In this document: positions 39,534 through 49,940 of the stretch, piece by piece
How the letters are laid out: every line of letters starts with the position of its first letter
Numbering within the stretch: the first letter of the stretch is position 1
NCBI GenBank assembly: GCA_003663325.1
Contig: QMZT01000002.1
Coordinates: 731-64,730, forward strand
DNA: 64,000 nucleotides
Origin: Candidatus Aenigmatarchaeota archaeon
Lineage (GTDB): Archaea > Aenigmatarchaeota > Aenigmatarchaeia > QMZP01 > QMZT01
Reading direction: 5' to 3'
Notes under the pieces: model-generated
The model's input: only the letters and a program-made list of their open reading frames with translations
Databases searched by the model: none
What the model was told of the DNA's origin: nothing
Made by a program: the position numbers and the translations under genes

Positions 39534-39877
39534 TAGATATACAATTCCTAACAGTGGTTATTCTCATAAGCGTAGGCATTTCTACGCTTGTCTTTAAAAA
39601 AAATATAATAAAAATAGTAATGGGTATCGAGATTATCTCTAGCTCAATAAACCTTTTCCTCATATCTCTTGGCTATAGAGAAGGTAGCGTAGCCCCCATC
39701 TTTACAAATGCACCAAGCGTTAAAATGGTCCTTCCAACGCCACAAGCATTGACATTAACAAATATTGTTATAGATCTTGCCATTACGGCATTAATGCTTT
39801 CGCTTGCCGTTTTAATCTACAATTACTATGGAACGTTAAGTATGAAGAAATGGAGGTTGGTAGAGAGATGTTCATAA
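39530..39877 (+). CDS. mbhG: Mbh subunit G (MnhC-like)
   Basis: NIIK, NLFL, PQALTLT.IVI. Confidence 0.9.
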   Translation: MIDIQFLTVVILISVGISTLVFKKNIIKIVMGIEIISSSINLFLISLGYREGSVAPIFTNAPSVKMVLPTPQALTLTNIVIDLAITALMLSLAVLIYNYYGTLSMKKWRLVERCS

Positions 39878-41415
39878 TAGAACATTTGCCTGCCTTGGTA
39901 ATAGCAATCCCTCTATTGGCAGCCTTCATAGCGCCATTACTCAAAAGGTTTGGCAAGCATGCCGTGTCTGTATGGAGCATACTCAACCTTTCAATAGTGG
40001 AATGCTTGGTTATAGTCCTTGGTTATAGGGTAATAAAAGATGGTATTCAAAGCTATGCAATAGGTGCATCAATCCCCTCATTATTATCACCAAATGGTTT
40101 GCCTGTTAGAATCATACTGGAGGTAGATGCCATCTCCTCTTTTATGGGCTTAACCTCAATATCCATTATTTTACTTGCATGTATCTATTCTGCATGCTTT
40201 ATGAAAAAGTATAAAAGCGTTGAAAGATACTATTCACTTCTGCTCTTAATGGCAGCAGGCATTATGGGTATGGCCTTTACAGGGGATATGTTTAACATGT
40301 TCGTTTTTCTTGAAGTTCTATCCATCTCATCCGCTGGATTAATAGCCTTCTATGCTTATAAAGGTGAAGCTATAGAAGCTGCGTTCAAATATCTTGTTAT
40401 TAGTTCAATCTCCGCATTGATGGTTTTATTTGCTATCGCCCTTCTCTATGGGCAATATGGGCTTTTGAATATAGCTGCTTTAGGTGCTGCCTTTAGATTT
40501 ACAATTCTCGATAAGATAGCATTAGCTTTGTTAGTCTCTGCGTTTGTCATGAAATGTGGAGCTGTACCATTGCATATGTGGGTAGCCGATGCGTATGGAG
40601 AAGCACCCGCACCCATATCTGCAAGTCTCGTTGTTGCTAGTCAAATAAGCCTTTACGCTCTTTTCCGAATCTGCTTTACGCTTTTTGGACTACTGCCAGC
40701 GATACAAATCATAGCATGGTTCATAATATTGTTTGGTCTTGCCTCTATGTTCGTTGGCGTCACAATGGCAATGCCACAGAAGGATATAAAAAGGCTTATG
40801 GCATACCATGCCATTTCTCAGACAGGATATATGCTGCTTGGTGTTGGTGTTGGATTGGCTGTGATAAATGATATTAATGCGCTGAATGCTTTTGGTATAG
40901 CAGCTATGGAGGGCGGAATTTTCCATATTATAAATCATGCAATGTATAAAGGTTTGCTGTTTTTGGTTGCAGGTGCAATCATTTATAGAACGGGCACGAA
41001 AAATTTGAATGAAATGGGCGGTCTTGGTAACAGGATGCCTATTACAGCTGTACTTTTTTTAATAGGGATGCTTTCTATTACTGGTCTCCCACCATTTAAT
41101 GGCTTTGCATCAAAGCTTATAATATATGAATCGGTCTTTCTCTTTAACCCCATACTTTCTGTTGTAGCAATGATAGTAAGTATTTTAACCTTGGCATCAT
41201 TCGTAAAGGTTTTCTATTCAGCATTCACTGGCCAAGAGCAATCAAAATATAAAGATGTTAAGGAAATACCTGCTATTATGTTAGTGCCCTTGCTTATATT
41301 AGCTTTCCTTATAATCTTGTTCGGTTTATTTCCGGGTATCATTCTAAAATTACTTGTAAAGCCTGCCGTTCAAGCTTTATTAGACAGGGCAGGTTATATA
41401 GGGGTTGTGGTATGA
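39868..41415 (+). CDS. mbhH: Mbh subunit H (MnhD/antiporter-like)
   Basis: TGDMFNMFVFLE, K.G..PLH.W..DA, DIKRLMAY, NHAMYKGLLF, GLPPFNGFASK. Confidence 0.93.
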   Translation: MFIIEHLPALVIAIPLLAAFIAPLLKRFGKHAVSVWSILNLSIVECLVIVLGYRVIKDGIQSYAIGASIPSLLSPNGLPVRIILEVDAISSFMGLTSISIILLACIYSACFMKKYKSVERYYSLLLLMAAGIMGMAFTGDMFNMFVFLEVLSISSAGLIAFYAYKGEAIEAAFKYLVISSISALMVLFAIALLYGQYGLLNIAALGAAFRFTILDKIALALLVSAFVMKCGAVPLHMWVADAYGEAPAPISASLVVASQISLYALFRICFTLFGLLPAIQIIAWFIILFGLASMFVGVTMAMPQKDIKRLMAYHAISQTGYMLLGVGVGLAVINDINALNAFGIAAMEGGIFHIINHAMYKGLLFLVAGAIIYRTGTKNLNEMGGLGNRMPITAVLFLIGMLSITGLPPFNGFASKLIIYESVFLFNPILSVVAMIVSILTLASFVKVFYSAFTGQEQSKYKDVKEIPAIMLVPLLILAFLIILFGLFPGIILKLLVKPAVQALLDRAGYIGVVV

Positions 41416-41759
41416 TGATGACAACGCTCAGCACTATCAGGGGTTTTTGGGATCCAGTATTATGGATGGCGGCATTTATAATTGTAATAGTAATTACATG
41501 CTATATCCGATCACTAGGAAAGGAGGAATATAAGAGAGGTACAGAGCAAACTATGGTATTCTTTTCTGGAAACATACCCCCAAAAGAGTTGATAAGCTCT
41601 AGCAATATTTATTGGGGGTTTTTTAAAGCAATGGAAAAATATTATACATGCATAAGAAGATTTCATACGGGTATGGTAAATGATTATGTCTATTATTTTA
41701 TCGTTATAGTTATCGTGATTATAGCAAGCTTGATAATCGGAGGGGTATTATGGATGTAA
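41412..41759 (+). CDS. mbhI: Mbh subunit I
   Basis: FFSGN, YWGF, HTG.VNDY, and operon position. Confidence 0.85.
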   Translation: MMMTTLSTIRGFWDPVLWMAAFIIVIVITCYIRSLGKEEYKRGTEQTMVFFSGNIPPKELISSSNIYWGFFKAMEKYYTCIRRFHTGMVNDYVYYFIVIVIVIIASLIIGGVLWM

Positions 41760-42181
41760 AAGCCTTCAATAGGTCTTTATGGGTATTCCACGTTAACACA
41801 GGTTCGTGTAATGGTTGCGATATAGAGATTATAGCAGCTTTGACTCCAAGATATGATGTGGAGCGATTTGGTATAAAGCTTGTAGGAACACCCAGGCATG
41901 CGGATGTTTTGTTGGTAACAGGACCTGTAACAAGAGAAATGGCAAAAAAACTTAAAAGGATATATGATCAGGTTCCAGATCCCAAAGCCGTAATGGTGGT
42001 TGGAAATTGTGGTTCAACAGGCGGTGTTTTCTATGAGTCCTACAACCTTGTTGGACCTGTAGATAAAATAATACCTGTCGATGTTTACGTTCCTGGTTGC
42101 CCACCAAGACCAGAAGCAATTATCCAAGGCGTGATAAAACTTTGGGAGAAATTGGAAGATAAGAGGCGAGGAAAATGTTAA
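41750..42181 (+). CDS. mbhJ: Mbh [NiFe]-hydrogenase small subunit
   Basis: GSCNGCDIE, PRHAD, GNC, PGCPPRP. Confidence 0.95.
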   Translation: MDVKAFNRSLWVFHVNTGSCNGCDIEIIAALTPRYDVERFGIKLVGTPRHADVLLVTGPVTREMAKKLKRIYDQVPDPKAVMVVGNCGSTGGVFYESYNLVGPVDKIIPVDVYVPGCPPRPEAIIQGVIKLWEKLEDKRRGKC

Positions 42182-42681
42182 AAGATATTTTAGATTCATT
42201 TAAAAGAGAGCTTGGAGAAAAGATTATAGAAGCGAGGATCGAGGAAAAGGTAAAGGGAGAAAAAAGGTTATGGCTGGTGGTTAGGAAGGATTCATTTAAG
42301 CGTGTCGTAAAGCATTTATTTTTAGCATATCCAAATACACGTTTTGCTGTTGCTTCTGGTTATGATGCAGACACTCATATAACGCTGATTTATCATTTCT
42401 TTGTCAGCTTAGAGGGTAAAGCAGGAGATGCATCCGTAAATATAAAGGTCGATGTACCGAAAAACAATCCTGTGCTGCCTACTATTACAGATATTGTTCC
42501 AGGCGCGTTAATATCTGAGAGGGAATTGCAAGAAATGCTTGGTGTAAAGATTAAAGATATCCCTGATCCAAGACGTATATTTTTATCAAACGATTTTCCA
42601 AAAGGCATATATCCGTGGAGAAGGGATGAATACGGCCCAGAAAGGATTGTTAGAGATTTGCATAGAGGTGATAAAGAATGA
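42175..42681 (+). CDS. mbhK: Mbh subunit K (NuoC-like)
   Basis: ERELQEMLG, IPDPRR, YPWR. Confidence 0.9.
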   Translation: MLKDILDSFKRELGEKIIEARIEEKVKGEKRLWLVVRKDSFKRVVKHLFLAYPNTRFAVASGYDADTHITLIYHFFVSLEGKAGDASVNIKVDVPKNNPVLPTITDIVPGALISERELQEMLGVKIKDIPDPRRIFLSNDFPKGIYPWRRDEYGPERIVRDLHRGDKE

Positions 42682-43931
42682 AAAAAATAGCTGACACTGG
42701 CAATGAGCAAAATTCGTTCACATTTTGTGTAGGCCCGGTTCATCCCGCCCTTAAAGAACCGTTGCAATTCACTTTTAAAATAGAAGGGGAAAGGGTTAAA
42801 AAAGTAGACTTTATGCTTAGTCACGTACATAGAGGAATAGAATGGATGGGGACAAGGCGCAACCCAATACAAATTATTTATCTTGCAGAAAGGATATGTG
42901 GAATATGTAACATATCGCATCCATTTGCGTTCTGTAGAGCAGTAGAAAGCGTGGCAGGAATAGAAGTACCACCCAGAGCAGAGTATATAAGGACCATCAA
43001 CGCTGAGCTTGAGAGGATACATTCTCATTTACTATGGGCTGGTATTGCAGCACATGAATTGGGATTTGACTCGGTATTGCATTATATATTAAAGGCAAGG
43101 GAAAGGGTTCTTGATATTATTGAATACATCACAGGAAACAGGATAACCAAAGGTATCATGATGATCGGTGGTGTGAGAAGGGATATTTCAAAAAAACAGT
43201 ATAGAAAAATAATAGAGGCCATGGAGTATTATAAAAAGCAGGTCAAGAAAATAAGCGATATTCTTTTAAAGGATCATGTTGTAAAGGCTAGAACAATAAA
43301 TACTGGGATTCTAAGTAAAGCAGATGCTATAAAATTATGCGCTGTGGGTCCAACAGCAAGGGCAAGTGGTGTTAAAAGAGATGTGAGGCAGGATGAGCCA
43401 TACGCCGCGTATAAGTACTTAGATGTGGAGGCAATAACACCAGCAACCATAGGAAAAGAAACAAGAGGGGACGTATATGATAGAACATTGGTAAGGCTTG
43501 CAGAAATAAGGCAATCTGTTAATATAATCGTTGAATGTTTAAAGAGCATGCCCGAAGGAAAAATAGCATATGAAGATAAAATACCAAAACTTTTAGCTGA
43601 ACTAAAAAGCGTTGAAGGTGAAGGTATAGGTAGACATGAAGCGCCACGTGGAGAGGTTTTGCATTACATTAAGCTAATTGGAAATGAGACCTTATTCTCG
43701 TGGAAGGTTAGAGCCCCAACCTATGCCAATTTACTTTCATGGGTTCCGATGCTCTTAGGTGCGCAGATAGCTGACATACCAATCATAGCGGCATCAACCG
43801 ATCCATGTTTATCATGCACCAACAGAGCTGTTATTACAAAGCATGGCAAGCATGTTGTTATTGATCATGAAGCCTTGCATGAGCTTTCGGTTAAAAAAAC
43901 CTTGGCATTGAGAAAGGTGAAGCATGATTGA
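42678..43931 (+). CDS. mbhL: Mbh [NiFe]-hydrogenase large subunit (group 4)
   Basis: GPVHP, L1 RICGIC, EAPRGE, L2 DPCLSC followed by a C-terminal extension. Confidence 0.95.
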   Translation: MKKIADTGNEQNSFTFCVGPVHPALKEPLQFTFKIEGERVKKVDFMLSHVHRGIEWMGTRRNPIQIIYLAERICGICNISHPFAFCRAVESVAGIEVPPRAEYIRTINAELERIHSHLLWAGIAAHELGFDSVLHYILKARERVLDIIEYITGNRITKGIMMIGGVRRDISKKQYRKIIEAMEYYKKQVKKISDILLKDHVVKARTINTGILSKADAIKLCAVGPTARASGVKRDVRQDEPYAAYKYLDVEAITPATIGKETRGDVYDRTLVRLAEIRQSVNIIVECLKSMPEGKIAYEDKIPKLLAELKSVEGEGIGRHEAPRGEVLHYIKLIGNETLFSWKVRAPTYANLLSWVPMLLGAQIADIPIIAASTDPCLSCTNRAVITKHGKHVVIDHEALHELSVKKTLALRKVKHD

Positions 43932-44919
43932 GATCGTGTACAAGATCGGCATGGTGCCTGTAATTGCTGTGTTAGGCATTGTTTTAGGTTTGCTTTACAA
44001 TGGTATTGATAGGAAGCTGGCTGCAAGGATGCAATCCAGGGTTGGACCACCTATAATTCAGCCCTTTATAGATATAAAAAAATTGCTAATGAAAGAGAGC
44101 ATAGTGCCAAGGCATGCGATAAAATGGCTTTTTAATCTAATGCCTGTATTGGCTCTTTCTGCTTCCCTATTAACCTTGTTGTATATACCGTTCTGTGGCA
44201 TTGGGCCTGCTTTTGAAGGCTACGGAGACCTTGTACTTGTCCTATACCTGCTTGTTTTACCGCCATTAGCTATAACCCTCGGGGCTTTTGCCTCTGGCTC
44301 ACACTATGCTACAATTGGGGCACAAAGAGAAATGGTAACCATGATAAGTTACGAATTACCCCTAGCCATAGCCATTGTTTCTGTGGCATGGCTACTTTCC
44401 ATGGCAAATCCATCCTTACCTGTATTTTCCTTAAGTGTAATCTCAAACAACCCTATTTGGAACTTTACCACCCCGCTTAGTTTTCTCGGCCTGCTTATAA
44501 TATTCATAGCTTTGCTTCTAGTTATACCAGGTGAGCTTGGAAAGACACCGTTTGATGTTGCGGAAGCTGAAACAGAGATTGCAGAAGGTGTGTTTGCGGA
44601 ATACTCTGGAAGGAATCTTGCCCTCTTTTATTTGGCAAATGCCGTAAGAACCATAGCCATAGCATCCCTTATCATAGCTATATTCCTACCTTGGAATCTT
44701 TCTACCTTCTTTAATTTCTCATACTTAAGCCTGTTATTTGATGCACTCTTTTTCTTAATAAAATTATTTGTAATTATCTTCATAAGCTCGGTATTTATCA
44801 GGGTTATTGTGCCCAGGCTAAGGATAACCCAAGTAGTTTCCACATATTGGTTTTATACCACTCTAATAGCATTGCTTGGGATGTTATTAATATGGATTGG
44901 CTGTTGTTTAAAGGGGTGA
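43924..44919 (+). CDS. mbhM: Mbh subunit M (NuoH-like)
   Basis: RKLAARMQSRVGPP, PFDVAEAETE, EYSG. Confidence 0.93.
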   Translation: MIEIVYKIGMVPVIAVLGIVLGLLYNGIDRKLAARMQSRVGPPIIQPFIDIKKLLMKESIVPRHAIKWLFNLMPVLALSASLLTLLYIPFCGIGPAFEGYGDLVLVLYLLVLPPLAITLGAFASGSHYATIGAQREMVTMISYELPLAIAIVSVAWLLSMANPSLPVFSLSVISNNPIWNFTTPLSFLGLLIIFIALLLVIPGELGKTPFDVAEAETEIAEGVFAEYSGRNLALFYLANAVRTIAIASLIIAIFLPWNLSTFFNFSYLSLLFDALFFLIKLFVIIFISSVFIRVIVPRLRITQVVSTYWFYTTLIALLGMLLIWIGCCLKG

Positions 44920-44924
44920 TGTAA

Positions 44925-45302
44925 GTGATTGTAATTGCAAAAGAGCTTGTAAAGCAGCTTTTGAAAAAACCATTTACCAATCTGTTCCCAGCAAAATACG
45001 CACCAAAATCTATAAAACAATTCCTTAGAGATGCTAAAGAGGGCAAGGTGAAGCTTAATCCTCCTGTAGTTGTCCCGCCAAATTTTAGGGGAAAGATCGA
45101 ATATGATGAGAAAAAATGTATTAGATGCAAGCTATGCACACGTGTATGCCCTGCTAAAGCACTCGAATATGTGGAGAAAGAGAATATAATCAAATATCAC
45201 CTTTTCAGATGTGCATTTTGTGGTCAGTGTGTAGATGTGTGTCCAACAGGTGCTCTTAAGCTTACCAAAGAATTTCTATTAGCTGGGTACAAAAAAGACT
45301 AG
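44925..45302 (+). CDS. mbhN: Mbh subunit N (2x[4Fe-4S])
   Basis: Two CxxCxxCxxxCP motifs. Confidence 0.93.
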   Translation: MIVIAKELVKQLLKKPFTNLFPAKYAPKSIKQFLRDAKEGKVKLNPPVVVPPNFRGKIEYDEKKCIRCKLCTRVCPAKALEYVEKENIIKYHLFRCAFCGQCVDVCPTGALKLTKEFLLAGYKKD

Positions 45303-45776
45303 CTAATAACTCAGCGTCTTTATTGTTTCTATCTCATCTCTTTTCAAAATATCTATTAATTTTTCCTTAGCTTCTTTCACTTCAGGAGATATCCCGCCCT
45401 TCAATTTAATTTCTCCTATCTGTATCCCAATAAATACTATTTTTTCTACGTATCTTTCTAGGTAAGACACAATATATTTCAATGGAATACCATGAGTACC
45501 AAATGCATTGGAAAGAAGCATATCTTTTGGTATAATCCTAAATTCTCCTACTGGCAAGCTCATATTGGCTGCATCTACTATTACAAGCATTTTTGGCCTT
45601 CTTTTCTTAACTATACCAATAAAATTCTCTGGAACTGTTTCACAGGCAAGAGAAAGCCATCCCTTGGAGCTAAACTCCCTTGCTATTATGTTTCCTATGC
45701 CTTCATCACCTTTAAGTTCATTTCCTATTCCCATTAGAATTTTTTCTACCTTGCTCTTATCCTTTTTATGAGACAC
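45303..45776 (-). CDS. hycI: Hydrogenase maturation protease (HycI-like)
   Basis: GIGN...GDEG.G, TVPEN, VDAA, TH. Confidence 0.9.
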   Translation of the reverse strand: MSHKKDKSKVEKILMGIGNELKGDEGIGNIIAREFSSKGWLSLACETVPENFIGIVKKRRPKMLVIVDAANMSLPVGEFRIIPKDMLLSNAFGTHGIPLKYIVSYLERYVEKIVFIGIQIGEIKLKGGISPEVKEAKEKLIDILKRDEIETIKTLSY

Positions 45777-46117
45777 TCATTCCCACCGTTAATTTTGATT
45801 TTGTTTGAATTGCAAGCTGGGCATGAGATATCATGTATTCCATAATGAAAAAGCTGGCTATCTTTAACATGCTCCAAACTACCTTTAAACCCACATTCGC
45901 ACTCTATTTTTGGTTTAGCTATGTGTATATCAATCTTTATCTCCAAATCGCCCAGCTCTTTCTTAAGAATCTCTTCAATGTAGAATTTTACGTTCTCTAT
46001 ATTATGGTATCTTAATAAGCCAAGCACCACGCTTATTTCTATTTTTTTTATATCCTTTCCTTTAATTTTTTTAATAACCTCCTCTGCAATAATTTGTGCA
46101 GCTGATATATCATGCAT
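45746..46117 (-). CDS. hypA: Hydrogenase nickel metallochaperone HypA
   Basis: MHD N-terminus, CEC...CPAC, GG.E. Confidence 0.85.
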   Translation of the reverse strand: MHDISAAQIIAEEVIKKIKGKDIKKIEISVVLGLLRYHNIENVKFYIEEILKKELGDLEIKIDIHIAKPKIECECGFKGSLEHVKDSQLFHYGIHDISCPACNSNKIKINGGNECLIKRIRAR

Positions 46118-46149
46118 ATCTATAGTAGCTGGTTAAGATATAAATATAA

Positions 46150-46896
46150 CTATATATTAAACACCTTTTTTGCATTTCTAAGCGCATGCGCTAATATCTC
46201 ATCCTCAGAGGCGTGCCTAAGCTCGGCTATCTTTCTTGCAGCCAGCTTTATATTCCATGGATAGTTTCTTTTATCTAACTCTTTATTTGGGGCGAGAAAA
46301 GGTGAATCCGTCTCAAGCAATATCCTATTGCTTGGCAACATTTTTGCTATCTTTCTTACATTTTTAGAGAATAAAACCTGCGTTGATATGGATATGTAAA
46401 AGCCATTATCTATTATCCTCTCTGCAAGATCCCTTTTCCCATTAAAGCAATGAAATATTGCGCTAACAGGCTTATCTTTGATCATATTGAAGCACTCTTC
46501 TTCAGCATCCCACGTATGCAATACTAAAGGTTTTTCCAGCTCTTCTGCAAGCGCTATAAATTTTGAGAATATCTTTGCCTGCTCTTTTCTTTTTATCTCG
46601 TCTTTAACCCAATGGTAGTCCATTCCCACCTCTCCTATACCAACAATACTTTCTCTATTATCATGTACGAGTCTAATTATCCTATCAACTTGCGAAAAAT
46701 CCTCCGTCGGATGTAAACCTATTGTCGGAAAAAGAAAGCCTGCATGCCTTTTTGATAATTTAAGTGCACACAGCGCTTCATCATAGCGTGCCGTACCTAT
46801 AACAACACCTAATAGCTCTTGCTTGCATTTCTCTATAATTACTTCTCTATCATCTTCAAAATCAGGGAAGCAGAGGTGTGCATGGATATCGATCAT
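46150..46896 (-). CDS. tatD: TatD-family hydrolase
   Basis: IDIHAH, GLHP, IGEVGMD, LLETDSP. Confidence 0.93.
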   Translation of the reverse strand: MIDIHAHLCFPDFEDDREVIIEKCKQELLGVVIGTARYDEALCALKLSKRHAGFLFPTIGLHPTEDFSQVDRIIRLVHDNRESIVGIGEVGMDYHWVKDEIKRKEQAKIFSKFIALAEELEKPLVLHTWDAEEECFNMIKDKPVSAIFHCFNGKRDLAERIIDNGFYISISTQVLFSKNVRKIAKMLPSNRILLETDSPFLAPNKELDKRNYPWNIKLAARKIAELRHASEDEILAHALRNAKKVFNI

Positions 46897-46998
46897 ATAA
46901 AAATTTTATTGATATTAGATAACTTATAAGCTTATCCTGTTATATTAAGCGTTACCATATAGTAGTAAAATATAAATATTTTTCTGCTAATCTATTTT

Positions 46999-47805
46999 AT
47001 GGAAAAGCCCTTAGCAATAGAAAGATGCAGGCAGGTATATAGCTCATTAGATGAGGATCAACAGATATATCTAGAGGGACTTATTCGTAGCTACATAAAT
47101 AGTGAGCTTAATAGAAGGTTTTTAAGAACCGGTTACAATTTTCTTAAGGAATTAGTAGCTAGTGCAAATATCATTTATGCCGGAATAAGAGGTTCAACAT
47201 CTATGGGAGAATGTAAGTTAGGAGACGATATAGATACAATTATTTTTTGCGACGAGCATGATGTTAAGGAGGTTAAATATGTGTGTGAAGAGTTGGGAAA
47301 GAAGCATGCTGAGAGTTTACTTAAAGATGGTATAGTTAGAGAAAATGATCCAATAGTGTGGTTTATTGGTACGAGGGAAGATTACGAATATTACAAGGTA
47401 GCTCCAACTGTGCTTGATATCAGGAAAATGGACTTCGTAACGCTATCTGAAACGACAAGAGCAGGATATATAATAGAGGCATTCTCACGCCTGCTCTACT
47501 CAACACCGTTTTATCGTGGTTTGCTTGAGGATTATACACAAAATCCGTTTCCTGTTGTAGAGAGGTTTATAAAATCTATGGAAAGGAAGTGTGTGCCAAG
47601 AATTATACTTAGCTTGGCTGATGGTTGTAAAAAGAAAAGAAAAGCATTAGCAAAGGCGAGAAAATTTATAGGCTATACATTGTTCTTTTCTTTGGCAAGA
47701 CCTACAGGGATACATCTCCATTTTGATGATGATTTTGAAAAACATAAAATAGTAGAGGCCAGGGATAACTACTTATTTTATGCTTTAGAAAACGGTATTA
47801 TTTAA
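46999..47805 (+). CDS. Orphan protein with a nucleotidyltransferase-like motif
   Basis: GIRGSTS.G....DDIDT fits the GS-x-DxD pattern. Confidence 0.5.
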   Translation: MEKPLAIERCRQVYSSLDEDQQIYLEGLIRSYINSELNRRFLRTGYNFLKELVASANIIYAGIRGSTSMGECKLGDDIDTIIFCDEHDVKEVKYVCEELGKKHAESLLKDGIVRENDPIVWFIGTREDYEYYKVAPTVLDIRKMDFVTLSETTRAGYIIEAFSRLLYSTPFYRGLLEDYTQNPFPVVERFIKSMERKCVPRIILSLADGCKKKRKALAKARKFIGYTLFFSLARPTGIHLHFDDDFEKHKIVEARDNYLFYALENGII

Positions 47806-47828
47806 AGAAAAACAGAACAATAAATATT

Positions 47829-48962
47829 ATGCTTTGGACAGAGAAATACAAGCCAAAAACAATAGAAGGTATAATTGGTCAAAAAAAGCAGAAGGAAGAG
47901 ATTCTAAACTTTATTAGAAATTTTAGACCAAAGGTAGCGATGCTTGTTTACGGGCCGCCGGGTGTTGGCAAAACACTCACAATTGAGGTTATAGCGTCCC
48001 AGGAGAAGTTATTATTGGTTTCGATGAATGCCTCAGATGTGAGAAATAAAACAGAGATAGAGCGGAATCTTTTGGAGATTTCCAAAGGAAAACCATTATT
48101 TTACAAAGGCGTGATTATACTAATAGATGAGGTTGATGGCATTGCTGGAAAAGACGATAAGGGGGCTGTAGGAGCCATAATAAATATAATAAAGCATTCA
48201 AAATACCCTGTGTTTTTGATAGCAAATGATCCATGGAAACCAAAATTAAGGGAGCTAAGAAAATACTGCAAAATGGTTAAATTTGGAAAAATAGATACAC
48301 GTTCCATTGAAAAGAAATTAAAAGAGATATGCAAGGCTGAGGGTATTGAGGTTGATGAAAAGGTAATAAAAAACCTTGCCAGGTGGAGTCAAGGCGACAT
48401 AAGGTCCGCTATAATTGATTTGCAGACATTGGGTGAGGGGAAGAAAAAGATAGTGGAGCGGGACCTAGAGATATTAGGGTACAGGGAAAGGGAGAACGAG
48501 ATATTTAATGTACTATTTACGATCTTCCATTCGGGAAGTATCATGGCGAGTAAAAGGGCAATAGATAGCTGTGATAAAGATGCAGATGAGATATTTTGGT
48601 GGATCGAGAATAATATAACAAAAGAGTTCAGCGATGCGAAGAAGATAGCAAAGGCATTTGATATACTATCAAAAGCAGACATATTCAGAAGTATTGTATC
48701 AAAACAACAAAATTGGAGGTTTAAATTGTATATGATAGATATGATAGCAAGTATCTCGCTTATAGGTAAAGAGGAGCATCACAAGTACATAAAATATGAA
48801 CCACCAAAAAAGATAAGTATGATGGCATTGACGAAGAGCAAAAGGGGCGAGCTGGAGGAATTGTACAGGGAGATAGGCAAGTATGTACACGCATCAACTG
48901 CTATTGTCAAAAAATATTATGTGCCATATTTAAAATATTTCGTGAAAGAAGCAAGCTCTTAG
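47829..48962 (+). CDS. rfcL: Replication factor C large subunit
   Basis: WTEKYKP, GPPGVGKT, NASD, IDEVD, GDIRSAI. Confidence 0.93.
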   Translation: MLWTEKYKPKTIEGIIGQKKQKEEILNFIRNFRPKVAMLVYGPPGVGKTLTIEVIASQEKLLLVSMNASDVRNKTEIERNLLEISKGKPLFYKGVIILIDEVDGIAGKDDKGAVGAIINIIKHSKYPVFLIANDPWKPKLRELRKYCKMVKFGKIDTRSIEKKLKEICKAEGIEVDEKVIKNLARWSQGDIRSAIIDLQTLGEGKKKIVERDLEILGYRERENEIFNVLFTIFHSGSIMASKRAIDSCDKDADEIFWWIENNITKEFSDAKKIAKAFDILSKADIFRSIVSKQQNWRFKLYMIDMIASISLIGKEEHHKYIKYEPPKKISMMALTKSKRGELEELYREIGKYVHASTAIVKKYYVPYLKYFVKEASS

Positions 48963-49910
48963 CTACTTCAGGTAAACATTTCCAAATTCTCTAGTGTAAA
49001 CATAATCGTCTTCTGTTTCGGCGGTTTTCTTATGCATTATCATTTCCGCAACCTTCGCATCCATAAAATCAGCAAAAAATATTGCCAATGCCTCTGGGAA
49101 TGCAGGCGTCTTTGCTGCTCCATACTCCATTTTTCCATGATGACTTAGAATTATATGTATTAACTTTATCCTATATAGCTCTGGTATCTCTATCTTTTCC
49201 AATCTTTTGATTAATTCCTCAATGCCTAGTATGGTATGACCAATTAGCATTCCTTCAGTGGACGTCCTTATACTTGTCTTAAGTTCAAATTCCTTTATCT
49301 TTCCTATATCATGCAATATCGCACCCGTTATGATAAGATCCCTATCTAATTCGGGGTAAAGATTCGTGATAAAATCGCATATTTTAACAACGTTAAGTGT
49401 ATGCTCAAGTAAGCCGCCGATCCACGAATGATGTTTATACATAGCTGCTGGCTGATTTTTGAATTTCTTTACAAAATCAAAATCGTTTATAAACAGCTCC
49501 AGAACCTTTTTTAAATACTCGTTTTTCACGGAGTTTGCATACGCTTTGATCTCTTTAAACATGCTCTCTATATCCTTTTCTGTAACCTTTATGAATTCCT
49601 TTAAATCATACTCCTCCGGCTTAAGAACCTTTATAATACCTTCTTTATCTACCGTTATCTCGATCTTGTTCCCATATACCGTTGTCTTTCCCTTGATGTA
49701 TATGATATCATCCTTTTTGATAGAATCATACAAACGTCTTACCTCTTCCTCATTGTTATCTCCCCAGTACTTAAGCATGATCTCCCCAGAACTATCGCCT
49801 ATTCTTAATTGAAATGCATATCCATTAGCATAGCTAGTCACGGGTTTCTTAAACTTGACCACAAACTTTCCCTCAATATCTTCGTACGGCTTAAGATTTT
49901 TTATAAGCAT
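48963..49910 (-). CDS. OB-fold + HD-domain protein (YhaM-like)
   Basis: D.SGEI...W OB fold, PAA..HH...GGLLEH, LHDIGK, SHHG. Confidence 0.88.
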   Translation of the reverse strand: MLIKNLKPYEDIEGKFVVKFKKPVTSYANGYAFQLRIGDSSGEIMLKYWGDNNEEEVRRLYDSIKKDDIIYIKGKTTVYGNKIEITVDKEGIIKVLKPEEYDLKEFIKVTEKDIESMFKEIKAYANSVKNEYLKKVLELFINDFDFVKKFKNQPAAMYKHHSWIGGLLEHTLNVVKICDFITNLYPELDRDLIITGAILHDIGKIKEFELKTSIRTSTEGMLIGHTILGIEELIKRLEKIEIPELYRIKLIHIILSHHGKMEYGAAKTPAFPEALAIFFADFMDAKVAEMIMHKKTAETEDDYVYTREFGNVYLK

Positions 49911-49940
49911 AAAGATTGATTAATTTCAAAAATTAAAAGT

